A stretch of 63,590 nt of DNA, filler included, from Octopus bimaculoides (Eukaryota), in NCBI RefSeq assembly GCF_001194135.2. It is 6 parts of 6 records of this genome, joined end to end, with 100 filler letters (N's around TTAATTAATTAA, not from the genome) between each part and the next. Parts side by side here need not be neighbours in the genome. Positions count along the whole stretch, not along the records: positions 62,442 to 63,590 come from NW_026323103.1; 5 more parts are not named here. One strand, given 5' to 3'. Numbering within the stretch: position 1 is the first letter of the stretch; each line of letters opens with the position of its first letter. Below are positions 62,444 to 63,590 of this stretch, piece by piece. The notes under the pieces were generated by a model. The model ran no database searches, was not told where the DNA came from, and saw nothing but the letters and a program-made list of their open reading frames with translations. The translations under genes were made by a program, and so were the position numbers.

Positions 62444-63590
62444 CTTACACAAACCCAAATTGACATCCTAGCCAGAGGCTTAAAATTCACATCCACCCCG
62501 AGAACACCCAACCCCCCTGAGATCAAGGATGACATTTCAGAATTTTGCAGAAAGCTTCGTTTAACAGAAGTTGTCATAGACTTCAACAATGAGGATGACT
62601 CAATTATTAAAAACAAAAGCAACTTCATACCTTCGAAAGGAAGGAATAAAGCACTAGATGATTTTTGCAACCACATCCAGAGTTTCCCTTTTACCCCACC
62701 TAAAACAAAGGTCAAATCAAACTTTAATTGCATAGAATGGAAAAACCTAAGAGACTTACACCAGGACAAAAACCTTACTAACAAAGAAGCTGACAAAGGT
62801 AGTACTGTAGTCCTAATGAACACAGATTTTTACAAACACCTAGCACTCTCCTTACTAAACGATAACTCCTTCTATGAAACTATCACCAACTATAAACAAC
62901 AAAACACTCTCAAAAACATCACCACCCTTATACTCAAGCAAGGCCAAGGACTCACGGACAAAGAAAAAGATTACATCACTAATTTGAAATGCAAACCCAG
63001 CCTTTTCTATGACCTCCCTAAAATCCATAAGAACAAATCCATCACCGAAGCTTGCAAACTCTCCTCTGAAATCTACATCAACATCAAGGCACCGGAAGAT
63101 TTAAAACTAAGACCCATTATAGCAGGCACCTCCTGCGAAACACATCGCTTAAGCAATTTCTTGGACATTCTTTCGAAACCTTTCCTAAGCCACATCAAAA
63201 GTTTCATTAGAGATGATCTTGACATGCTCAATCACGTCCCGAAAACAACAAACGAGGAGTGACTCTTGGTCTCTTTTGACGTGGTCAACCTTTATACAAA
63301 TATCCCTCCTGAATATGCGATTGAGGCAATTAAATTCTGGCTGCACAAACACCCAGAAACATTTCCTAATCGCATCAACACAACTTTCATCATAGAATCA
63401 CTTAAGTTCATTCTGACCAACACTTACTTCCTGTTTGCAGACACATACTTTCGCCAAAAATGTGGTATCACGATGGGTACTAAAGATGCACCAGTCCTTG
63501 CGAACCTCATAATGGGTTTGTTTTGAATTAACACTATATAAAACCTCACGCCAGAAATTTGGACACCTTTTCCACATCTTTTTAATGGAT
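62444..63590 (+). mobile_element. Penelope-like element reverse transcriptase (N-terminal region through motif B'), mildly decayed
   Basis: One frame from 62444: LARGLKFTSTP...KEADKGSTVVLMN...FYDLPKIHK...LKLRPIIAGTSCETHRLSNFLDILSKP...*LLVSFDVVNLYTNIP...FRQKCGITMGTKDAPVLANLIMG. One TGA (63260-63262) and a +1 frameshift near 63520. Confidence 0.9.

Overview
AT-rich, microsatellite-saturated animal DNA. The SINE/LINE/MITE repertoire looks like that of a coleoid cephalopod, probably Octopus (pattern recognition, no database check). The window is not one contiguous locus: five identical artificial 100-bp joins (44 N + TTAATTAATTAA + 44 N) split it into six pieces (1-20104, 20205-30310, 30411-46423, 46524-59759, 59860-62341, 62442-63590), and there are many ordinary N gaps. 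Nearly all ORF-track entries are microsatellite or N-gap artefacts. The supportable content is mostly transposons. These are three tRNA-headed SINE families in many copies, RTE and CR1 LINE fragments (two near-identical young RTE copies), two distinct Penelope-like elements (one with Naiad-like Cys/His zinc-finger architecture), a Tc1/mariner transposase fragment and several MITEs with visible TIRs/TSDs. Host genes appear only as isolated exons: a minus-strand terminal exon (6986-7346), a plus-strand first exon behind E-box/CRE motifs (11204-11317) and a 51-nt CCDC148-like exon (27346-27396), plus weaker candidates. I found no convincing novel multi-gene system. The most interesting large-scale signal is CpG decay. 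Copies of one SINE family keep their CpGs at about 7-30 kb but lose them at about 1-5 kb and 30.4-58.9 kb, which suggests a fossil map of germline methylation domains.
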